From: a virus
Lineage: Duplodnaviria; Heunggongvirae; Uroviricota; Caudoviricetes
Virus record (IMG/VR): IMGVR_UViG_3300036453_000040
Direction: 5' to 3' (one strand)
Length of the DNA: 33,597 nt
In this document: positions 18,235 to 28,200 of the stretch, in pieces
How positions within the stretch are numbered: the first letter of the stretch is position 1
How the letters are laid out: each line of letters opens with the position of its first letter
Program-made: the position numbers and the translations under genes
Notes under the pieces: generated by a model
The model's database searches: none
Told to the model about the DNA's origin: nothing
The model's input: the letters and a program-made list of their open reading frames with translations, nothing else

Positions 18235-19110
18235 TTATTCTTTTGCGAGCGTTCCACTCTCGTTCTCGTATTCTTTAATGCTCTCATCTAGCTTAAGCTC
18301 TAAAGCGCTCTTCTGATACTCAACGTTCTCACGTTCGCTACCGTCCACGTCGAAGAACTTATGTACTTTAGCTGCAAGCTGAACGATAGCCTGCTCGTAG
18401 GTAGGTGCATACACGTCAAGGCGCAGGTCATGATAGCGAGAAGTGCGCTCGGGTTCAACCGCTCCACCTGTCTCAAGCATGATAACAGGCTTACCATCAT
18501 TATCAGTAGTTACTCCAAGCCAGATTGAACCGTTACTCTCGGTGTTCCAATCATTACGGTCTACCGAGTAACGAGTCCAGAATGCAGGATGCCCGTTTAG
18601 CCAATGAAAGCATGTCATAAAGTCTGTAGCGTTAGCCTCGTACCTAAGAGTGGACTTGAGAAAATAAAGGTAATTTGATTTAGCCATATATTCTGTATCA
18701 GAGTCAGTGCGCGACATAAGAAGACGATGATGGGTGCGACCGTTAGATCCAGTAACTGGCACCGTAACCATCATATCGTTATCTTTCTCGCCCGTGGCTG
18801 CTTCCATGTCTCCAGCGAATACTATGTCACCTTGAAGTTCGTTCCTCACATAATCGTACGCAGTTTCGAGACCATTGAAAACGTCGCCTACAACATTGCC
18901 TTCGTCATCAGTGACGGTTACCTGAACCTTGCCCTCCACCACGGTTACGGTAAGAGTGTAGCAAGGGGTAGGTTCATCGAAAGTGTAAAAGGAGGGGAGG
19001 GGAGCTAGAGCGTTGATCGTAGCTTTAGCAGCTTCATGATCGTAAGCTTCATCCTGTGTAGCTTCCATGAAAGGGAATTGTGCAAGAACTTCTGGAATAT
19101 TAGTAGCCAT
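18235..19110 (-). CDS. Hypothetical phage-type protein (likely leaderless)
   Basis: 291-aa ORF; HDLRLDVYAPTYEQAIVQLA C-terminal motif; TGaTAAAAT 6 nt before the ATG. Confidence 0.75.
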   Translation of the reverse strand: MATNIPEVLAQFPFMEATQDEAYDHEAAKATINALAPLPSFYTFDEPTPCYTLTVTVVEGKVQVTVTDDEGNVVGDVFNGLETAYDYVRNELQGDIVFAGDMEAATGEKDNDMMVTVPVTGSNGRTHHRLLMSRTDSDTEYMAKSNYLYFLKSTLRYEANATDFMTCFHWLNGHPAFWTRYSVDRNDWNTESNGSIWLGVTTDNDGKPVIMLETGGAVEPERTSRYHDLRLDVYAPTYEQAIVQLAAKVHKFFDVDGSERENVEYQKSALELKLDESIKEYENESGTLAKE

Positions 19111-19130
19111 TTACTTATTTTATCACAAAA

Positions 19131-19168
19131 AAGCGGGTAAGACAAGAAAAATCTTATCTTACCCGCTT
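19131..19168. terminator. Hairpin (12 bp + 4 bp) between co-oriented minus-strand genes
   Basis: aagcgggtaaga ... tcttacccgctt, with an A-run on the left (U-tract on the minus strand). Confidence 0.65.
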
Positions 19169-19265
19169 CGAATTATTACGCTTAGAGCGTTGCGCAAATA
19201 GAAGCGAAAAGCACTCCGCCTCTAAAGTAGAATTGGTCATTTTCCTTATGATAAGGAGTCATGAC

Positions 19266-20540
19266 TTAAATATAACGATTATTGAGAATCATTGCATCTA
19301 AGCCAGCAATATACGCTTTACCTCTCAGTACCGCAATAGCTTCACTTCTTTTTTGCTCTAACGTCCCCCACGTTTCATTTTGCTCGTTGATTTCTGGAGC
19401 GTTACGCCTTCTAAGAAGTTTCTGCCTATGGATTAAGCCTTTATAGTTCTCCTCATAACCGTTAACGCGAGCTTCAACTGTCGCAATATCAGCCTGCTCA
19501 GCATAAGTTAACTCACGTGACCTGATTTCTTCCTTGAGTGAGGTAACGCGGGCTAGTTCCTTCTTGTCTGATGCCAAAACTTCTGTTTTAATAGTTGATA
19601 TGTTTGCGTTTTCGGCATGCTGAGAGGCCCTCCTGAAGATGCTTCCAGCTACGCCCTGTTCGTTGTGAGCAAGACTCCTGTTTACAATCTCCCAGCCAGT
19701 AATATTTTCTCGAACATAACGCTTAGCAATTTTCAAACCAGTTACGGCAGTGATATTTTTATTTTCAGCAAGTGATCGCAAGGGGTCCTTATTAAAATGT
19801 TCTTCTGACGCGCTCGGCGCTTTTGCAAGTACAGTGTTATGTGATTCTTGCAATTTAGAGTACCTTGCCATCACTCTGAAATATGCATAGCGAGCATCTG
19901 AATCAGTTACATCAAGCGACTCCGTTTTAACTCGCATTTCTTTTTCTAACTCGGGGACTGAGAAAAAAGTTTGAGGATTATGTGTAGCTAAGTAAGCAAG
20001 ACCATGAGGAGTTTGCTTCGAGATATTATACTTATCTTCAAAAGTGAGCTTTTCAGTCCTCATAATGAGATCAACTAGCTTGTCATCATTTTCACCTGCT
20101 ACTAGCTTCTGTAGGTCAACTCCAAGCATTGGTGATGATTCATATATACCCTTTTCAGCTATGCCATACTTAACTTCCATTGAAGCACGATCTAGGATAT
20201 CATCTCGAATATTTGCAGGAGTGTTAGGGTTATTCACGAGACCCAATACAGAATAAACTTCTTTGCCTGCGCTTGTACTCAAGTTGGGAGATATTGACTT
20301 ATAAATCTCGCTTATATCCTCCGTGCTCAAGTTAGACGAGAATATGTTCAAGCCGCTGCGAGCAATACGGTGAATGAACTCTTCGGAAACTACGACCTTT
20401 TTTGCTTCTATAGCTTCCAACTCAGTTCGAAGCTTGAAATAGCCTTCTAAATCACTTTTTGCTGCTAGCCCTTGTATAGCTGCTTGCATTTCGCCTTTGC
20501 TGCAAAATTTCCCATGTTCGTCATGATATGGATTAGCCAC
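19266..20540 (-). CDS. MANPYHD-tagged alpha-helical (LRV-like repeat) protein
   Basis: GTG start with AGGGGA RBS; MANPYHDEHGKFCSKGEM; NNPNTPANI and LAENKNIT repeat-like motifs. Confidence 0.7.
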   Translation of the reverse strand: MANPYHDEHGKFCSKGEMQAAIQGLAAKSDLEGYFKLRTELEAIEAKKVVVSEEFIHRIARSGLNIFSSNLSTEDISEIYKSISPNLSTSAGKEVYSVLGLVNNPNTPANIRDDILDRASMEVKYGIAEKGIYESSPMLGVDLQKLVAGENDDKLVDLIMRTEKLTFEDKYNISKQTPHGLAYLATHNPQTFFSVPELEKEMRVKTESLDVTDSDARYAYFRVMARYSKLQESHNTVLAKAPSASEEHFNKDPLRSLAENKNITAVTGLKIAKRYVRENITGWEIVNRSLAHNEQGVAGSIFRRASQHAENANISTIKTEVLASDKKELARVTSLKEEIRSRELTYAEQADIATVEARVNGYEENYKGLIHRQKLLRRRNAPEINEQNETWGTLEQKRSEAIAVLRGKAYIAGLDAMILNNRYI

Positions 20541-20694
20541 GGTTCCCCTAAATTAAGTGTTACTGTTATTCTAACAGAATAATCAACAGGCAAGTAATAT
20601 CATTCAGCGAATGTCGTTCATTTTCTCGTATAGTATAAGCCCGATAGTTTTAGAAACGAGAACTAGCTGCAATAATTAGCTTGAAAGGCATATC

Positions 20695-20856
20695 ATGCAA
20701 AAAACTAACGAAGAAATTGTCAAGAGTATTTTAGAAGCACAAGGTGTGACAAGCGAGCCAAAACCAGCAGCACTGAAAATATTAGCAGATGCCCTTGAAG
20801 CTAAGTGCGTAGGGAACATTTGCTTCCCAGATGCTAATGCTACCTACGACGCGTAA
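20695..20856 (+). CDS. 53-aa small protein missed by the ORF track (MQKTNEEIVKSILEAQG...KCVGNICFPDANATYDA)
   Basis: GAAAGG RBS; fills the gap between a divergent and a convergent neighbour. Confidence 0.65.
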   Translation: MQKTNEEIVKSILEAQGVTSEPKPAALKILADALEAKCVGNICFPDANATYDA

Positions 20857-20874
20857 TTAAATTACGCTTATACA

Positions 20875-21552
20875 TCATTCTGGGAAACTAACACCAAACT
20901 CATTGAGGTCATTGCCCTCAGTCCATAGGTACCTAGCAGGAATCTTCGCTTCTAACACGGGCCAATCATCCGCTGCGTCATCTTGCATACCATGTTGCAA
21001 GGCATAGCTTTTACTCATAGTAACCCAGTCACCGTTGTTAATCTGGTTAACTCCATGTGGAGCGCTTCTATAAATAGTAACTAAAGCGTCAGGGTTACCC
21101 TGTATACGCTTCATTATGTTCACAGAATTACGGTCAAGATCCCCCGTATACCAGTCTGGGTGTTCCATCACGTCAGAAGGGAAAATTTTAGCTAACTCAT
21201 GTGCGCCTTTAGCTGATTCGTCATCATCTAACCCATCAGGAGCACGATGAGACATGTAATACTCGCTGTTAGCAGGGCGAGAGCCAAACCCTTGTTTCCA
21301 TTCTGGAACTGTGACGGTTTTAACGGGCTTTGTAGCCTTCGTTAAAGTAGTAGACCCACCTTGTCCAAACATTGCTAATAATGCCTTAGCGTCAGGCTTA
21401 GCGGTCTTCTCGCTAGCTTTAGCTGACAGGTAAGCACTCACGTTGCCGCTAAGAGCAGCTTGTGTTACCGCAGAACTATGGCCAATAGAACAATTAGTCG
21501 TCCAACATCCACTACCATCAGAATGAGTATAAGGAGCTTGACGTTTCGACAT
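20875..21552 (-). CDS. Cys/His-tagged protein with an ART-like domain of the kind seen in phage polyvalent/MuF-linked proteins
   Basis: N-terminus APYTHSDGSGCWTTNCSIGH; C-terminal SHRAP, VTIYRS, GDWVTMSKSYALQHG, NEFG. Confidence 0.6.
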   Translation of the reverse strand: MSKRQAPYTHSDGSGCWTTNCSIGHSSAVTQAALSGNVSAYLSAKASEKTAKPDAKALLAMFGQGGSTTLTKATKPVKTVTVPEWKQGFGSRPANSEYYMSHRAPDGLDDDESAKGAHELAKIFPSDVMEHPDWYTGDLDRNSVNIMKRIQGNPDALVTIYRSAPHGVNQINNGDWVTMSKSYALQHGMQDDAADDWPVLEAKIPARYLWTEGNDLNEFGVSFPE

Positions 21553-21567
21553 GCTATATAACTAACG
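21553..21567 (-). promoter_or_regulatory. Candidate promoter motif cGTTAgtTATAtagc-ATG
   Basis: Near-identical to 7870..7884. Confidence 0.6.
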
Positions 21568-21762
21568 AGGCCAGAGAATACGTATTGCGGGGAAATTAGA
21601 ACAATTACTTTTATTTACGCATAATGCTGGATATTTTAAATTAACAGACATGGCCATGGTTAAGATAAGCGAAAGCATTTTGCGATTGCTCTTGTTTAAG
21701 AACTACGTACCCCTAGTATAAAAGTAAAATTCTACTATCCTCCTGCAAAACTTCCACTGCGC

Positions 21763-22245
21763 CTATAATTGGAATTCTAAGCTATCCATTATAAGAATGT
21801 AAAAATTCGTTGCGTTGTTACAGGCATCCTTGAAACAAGCAATCTTCACGACATTAGCTTGTGGGTCGATTGCTACAGAGTTATTCATGTTAGGGGCATC
21901 AGGTATTACTCCTCCACAAACAAGACTACTGGCATGAGTAAAATTATGTAGCAAAAATTCATTTATAAAAATAAAATCTTGGCCCATTACTTTTGCTAAG
22001 CTAGAATAAGCGTTTTCCGTTTTAGATTTATAAAAATTTAATTTAACAGACTTTCCGTTTACTCCCCAACCGAGGGAGTCTTCGCTGGCTGTTTGTAAAT
22101 AGAATCCATCTATAGCAAACGAGTAACCATCTTCTTCGTTAAGACTCGCAAAAACCATAGAAATACTTGTAGTCGCGAGAAGAACCTGCACGCTTGATTC
22201 TTCAGGTATTAGTAGTATTGTTTTGATGTAAGTTTCTTTGTACAT
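21763..22245 (-). CDS. Putative immunity protein for the RHS nuclease tip
   Basis: Starts 24 nt after the RHS stop on the same strand, AT-rich, 160 aa; assignment by position only. Confidence 0.55.
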   Translation of the reverse strand: MYKETYIKTILLIPEESSVQVLLATTSISMVFASLNEEDGYSFAIDGFYLQTASEDSLGWGVNGKSVKLNFYKSKTENAYSSLAKVMGQDFIFINEFLLHNFTHASSLVCGGVIPDAPNMNNSVAIDPQANVVKIACFKDACNNATNFYILIMDSLEFQL

Positions 22246-22269
22246 ATTTCTATTCTACCATAGATTGAT

Positions 22270-25200
22270 TTACTTGTAGATAAACCAATCTCCAACCTTA
22301 ATTTGATTATCAGTATAGAATTGCAATAACGCTCTACCATGGCGACGATTGTCACTTGGGTTTATATAACGTACTGAAGCTCCGACCCCGCCTGCGCTTA
22401 TTGAAGCAGGCGGAGACTCATCGCGATCAAACCCTTTTTTTGTAGGTATGCCTTTTAGGGACTCACTTCGGTTGATTGAGGCATCTGCTGAACTTAGACG
22501 CTGTACAAGAATCTTTTTTCCTTGTAATGCATCCCCGTTATGTAAAGCGGCCTCGCCAAAGCGCGCCTGCTGAGAATTAAATTGCGCATAAATATTCGCA
22601 TTGATTTTTGTCTTTGTTTTTCCATGTATATAAACTGTTTCGCGCTTGGATAACATGGCATTCAAAATAGTGGGAAACTTAGCCTTTCCAGCAACTTTCG
22701 CTGTTTTAAACAGTCCCGCACTTGCCTTTACTATCAACCCCGCAATTTTCACCCCAGCGGCTCCTGGTACAACTAGTCCAGCAACACTTCCCGCAACATT
22801 ACCAACCTGATAAACGCTAGAACAGATATCAATTACGCCAGGCGCTACCGCTCCTAGATAAGCTTCATATAGCCCACCGCTCATACCATTCATAAACCCA
22901 GCAGCGCCGTTCAGAAACGCTAGAGTCTCGGAACTCAACCCGAGCGGGTCAGTATAAGAGAGCGGGTTACCAACTGTGTAACCGTAGGGCAGGTTAGTTT
23001 TGGCTAGCGCTGGGTCAACCGTTATGAACTGTGCTGTTACAGGGTCATACCAGCGGGCGCGCATGTAATAATAGCCAGTGTCCTCATCAAGGTACTGCCC
23101 TGCATAGCCAAAACGGGTTGTAACATGGCCTAATTCGCCAGCGGTTTGTACCCCATAATCATCGTACGTATACTGGGCTACTTCAAGACCAACAGAGTCA
23201 GTAACCAATGATACTGACCCAATAGAGTCCCCATGTAAATATTCAACGTTGCTTGTGGTTTTATCAACCTGAGCAAGAGGCGTGGAACCTAAACCATATA
23301 TGTAATTATACTTGTCATCCTCAAGCAGTTGAGCTATGCTAGTATTCGTATTCCACACGTATGAGTCAGAACTACCTGTGGAACCATTTACCTTAGTTTT
23401 TCCACTAAGTAGCCCGTTACCGTCATAAGAATAAGTCAAATCAGTTGCTATACCAGCTTCAACTGTATTCTCAGGTGGAGGGTTTGCCGCTAGTTGCGCC
23501 TCGACTAACTGGTTAGCAAGGTTATAGCCGTAGGTGTTATCAGATGTTGTTGTAGAAGCTAAATCCAGTGAGGCGCTTACCCTATTACCACGAGTATCGT
23601 ACGCATAATTCGTTGTACTGGAGTCAACAGTATCCGCCAAGCTAGTTATTTGGCTTAAGGCGTTATACGTAAGCTGAGTGCCGTTATCTCTAGTTAAAAT
23701 GTTGTTTGAGTTATCAAAACTATAAGCCGCGACTGCGTTTTTATTGCCTAAACGAGATAGTGAATCATATTCGTAACCGTCATTAACAGTTATCGCTTCA
23801 CGAGTTACCGCTTTGTTTGTTACCAAGTTTAAGCTATTATAGGTGTATGCATACGTAAGCAATGCAGAGCTAGCACTGCTATAATTGATCTTTCCTATAG
23901 CGCCATTTGTCGCATATGAGTTTACCCCTGTAACCCCATTACCATAATCAGTTGAAGCAATACGAGAATCTTTATCGTAGCTATATTTAATAGGGTTAGC
24001 TAAGCTAGAACTTTTAACGCTCTGTAGGCGGTTTAAAGCATCGTAACCGTAAGAAGCAACTTCTCCTGACGGATAGGTTATACTCGTCTCCAGTAGAGCG
24101 TTATAGGCGTAAGAAGTGGTATCAGAACCTTTAGTCTCTGTCAGTAAGCGAGAAAGTTTGTCATAAGTGTATGTGGTTACCCCCGTCCCATCAACCATAG
24201 AAGTTTTGCGTCCAAGAGCATCATACTTGTATTCGATTGCAGGTGTAAGCAAGTCGGAATACGAAATATTGGTAAGCTGTCCGCGATTGTCATAGGCATA
24301 TCCCGTGGTACTTGAATCTGCGGCAATTTTAGAACTAACTTGGCCTGCTAAGTTATAAGTGTAACCTGTTGCCACTCCAGCGATGTTACTTGCTATTAGC
24401 TGATTAATATTATTATAATCATATGTCGCAGTTTTGCTTGCAGAATCTGTATGAGACGTAGTTCTTCCATCTGGATCGAATACCCAAGATTCGGTAGTGC
24501 CATCAGGTTTTGTTACAGAAGTTAGCTGGCCGTTCTTGTTATAGACATAAGACGTAACATTACCAACCGCATCAGTAACAGTTGCTAAGTTTGCGGCTGG
24601 GGTAACACCGTATGTGTAGCTAGTTTTGTTATCAGCGGCATCATATGATTCTTTTAGCTTTCCATCAGCTCCGTAAATATTACGAGTTATGAGACCCTCA
24701 GGCGAAGTCACCTTAAGTACATTGCCGCGCCAGTCATATTCATATGCCGTTTCATTACCCAAAGCATCACGGCTCAGCACCATATGGCCATAAATATCAT
24801 ACTTATATTCAATTATTGAGCCTAGGGAGTCAGTAACAGAAATAACTTGATTTAGGTTATCGTAAATATATGTTGTTGCGCTACCTTCCGCGTTAATAGA
24901 TTTAAGAAGGTTGCCATTTAAATCGTATTTTAGCTCTGATATGTTGCCTAAAGTATCCTTGACTGCAATAGGGCGAGAGTTGTTATCATAGGTCGTTGTA
25001 GTAACATTATTGTTTTCATCTGTAACCGTGGTCACATTACCGCGAGTATCATATGCGGACGACGTGATATTGCCATCTACGTCTTTCGCTTGTGTCACAT
25101 TACCTGAAGCGTCATAACTAAAGGCCATTAAACTATTAGCATCATCTATTGCTGATGCTATATTATTCTCCGCATCATATACATAAGATGTTTTGTATCC

Positions 25201-28200
25201 AAGAGGAGATAAGGTGCTAGCTATGGTTCCGTTTGAGTTAGGTTCAATAACAGTGGTGTGTCCTTCAGCATCCTTGACGGAAGTTAATGCCCCTGTCGCA
25301 TTATAAAACATATACGTTGCATTACCGTAGGCATCTGAGGACTTAGACGGCGCTCCGTGCTCATTATAGCCAGAGTAAAATAGTTGTCGCCCATTCTCAT
25401 CTATGGAAATTTTTAGGTTACCCGCAAAATCATAATATAGCGAACGAGAAGAACCATCAGGTTGATATACCGCTGTTATGTTTCCTGTAGAGTTATAAAC
25501 ATAAGTCCATGCTAGGGGGTTAAGACTACCATATCCTTTTATCTCTTTTACTAGCTGGCCAAAGTTCGCGTATGATTGTTGAACTTGACTACCATCAGCA
25601 TAGGTGATTAATGTAGTTGAGGAACCATCCGTTGAGTTTGGGTTGATAACGTACTCAAAAGCAATTTCATTACCTTCTGGATCTGTTTGCTTTATAAGTT
25701 TATTTCCATAATATACGTTAAAAGTTGTTTCTCCTGTCGCACCAACCATGGTAAGCACTTTATGAGCAGAATCATACGTATACTGTTTAAGTACCCCTTG
25801 GTTGTCTTCAACAGAGATTAGGTTATCATTATTATCGTAGACATATCCAACGTAGTAACCAGAAGAGTCAGTGACCCTGCTAATATTTCCACTTGAGTAC
25901 GTAAGTTCGATGAACTTGCCATTATCGCCTGTGATCTTACTTATACGATTTGAAGAATCATAAGATATTAGAAGACGATTATTATAAGCATCCGTTTGGG
26001 AAAGAACGTTTCCATTTATGGAAGAGAATGTAAATTTAGCTCCACCACTGCGTTCCATTACAAACGAATCCGTCAGCGACGAATATGTTAACGATGCTAA
26101 AACTCTAGAAGGAGCAACGTACTCTCCTGAGGGTGTCTTTACGAATGTTACAGTTGACCCGTTTTCTTGAGTAATCTGAATCGATTGCTGGTCTTGTAAA
26201 TTAGTTGTGCTTAGGTCTTCAGCATTACGCAACTTCATATTATAATTGTTTGTCCAACCATAACCCATATTGTTATCGTTTTTATTTGCAGTAAGAACAC
26301 CATAAGCTCGCACGAACTGAAGAGGTAACCCTACGTTAGTTAACGTTACATCGACGTTCTGCTCCCAGAATTCTCCTGTGACAGTATTTATTGGGTCTCC
26401 AGCGCATGCTTGTGTACAATTTGCGGACGGGTTTGAACCACCATATAATTCTGAGGTTGGGACTCCATCAGTGCCCACAGCCCCACCATGCGTTACAAGC
26501 AAAGTATTTGACATGGCTTGAATATCCGTGACGCCAATGATAGAATTATTTTCGTCCTTTTTTGGAGTTCCAACATATGCAACAACATAGTTACTCGTAT
26601 TCTGAGGAAGATATATTTCGGAAGAAGTATGATAATAGGGGATCGTCCACCATGTATTGTCTGTGGCATTATGCATTACATAATTATAGCCTGCCCAAGT
26701 TATGTCTTGGTTCGGCTCAAACCCAAGGGTTGCAATGTAATATGAACTATAGGCATCCTTACGGGTGGTATAACCAACGGAAAGAGTCCAATCTTTACGT
26801 GTAGCTGTTACGGGTGAGCTTATCGCTTGAATTTCTGTAAGCTGGGAAACATTGCTGAGGGTTGTATCTCTCCGCGCGATATACGCAACATATGTTCGAG
26901 ATTTTTCTTGAGCTTTCCAATCAACATCTACTACCAAGTTGCCATAGTTTGTACTTCTTACAATAGATCCCGTGTCAGTCCTTATTAGATAAGTTTCGTA
27001 ATCGCTATAGTAAGTTTCTTGGTCAGGTATAACAGTAACGATTGGTTTCATGTCGTGATTAGAATTATAATAAGTTGGCTCAAACACTGGATTCACAATG
27101 GATATATCCATAGCCCATGCTTTTCTAGTGAAGGTTATTGTATTGCTTACTGCTTCAATATTATTTAAGGCAGTTATCGTTGAAGCAGTGTTATCTGTTG
27201 GCGCTACATAAGCGGTAACGTTGAGCGGGTCACCTGATCTAAAGTAGACTTCCGCTAAACCAGTTAGGGAACTTGCTCCCCATGGAGACCTATAAAAGAT
27301 ACCTCCAGTAGAATCATTTACCATGTAGATACTGTAATTAGAAAAATAATAGTCTTGGTTAACCGCAAAAGTTGCGTACGGCTTTTTCTCATATTCTACA
27401 TCTTGGTTGGCTGCCTCAAACACTGGGTTTATTGCGGCAAGGGAAATAGTCCATGCTTCACGTTCAGCCGTTACGACTCCGCTTTCTGCCTGAATATTAA
27501 TAAGTTCTTCAACTTTAGTAGGAGCCGTATCAGTCCATTCAGAAACGTATGCTTGGTAGCTTCTTGTTTTATCTCCACCTCTCCACGTTATCTCACCTCC
27601 TGCGCGAAAACTACCATGTTGCAGAAAACTCAGCGTGTTATTTGTAATATCAAATACATATATTCCGTATATTGTAGAGCTAGGGTCTTGGTTTGCATCC
27701 GCCGTGATATAAGTTTTTTCGTCTGACCCGAACAGCGGATTATCAATCTGGAGGTCAATACCCCAGCCAGTATTCATGCTTACAGACTGTTGATCAGCTA
27801 ATGGTTCAGCTAGAGGTGCTTCTTGGTTAGAATCCACGACATATGACTTCGGCATCTTGCTAGATGGGACTTTAGGCGACTTTACAGCTAGCTTCTTATC
27901 ACTTTTCGAGGATGGTAAAGCTTCAGTGGTCTCACTATTCTTAGAAGTTGAAACCGAAACCGCCCGAATTGCGGCAGATTGAGCATGGATCTTATTATGT
28001 GCGGTTGTGTCGATTACGAATGTACAGTCAACTAATACCGTGCATGTTTTTAATATTTCGAAGGTTTCAGAATCAACGATAGATACGGGGTATTCGCTAG
28101 GAACGCTTTTTACATTGCCAACAACAATAACTTCAGCTTGAGGCGCGATACCTGTTGGTTTAATTACTAGAGATAAATTTTCAAGCTTTTCTGCTTTTTC

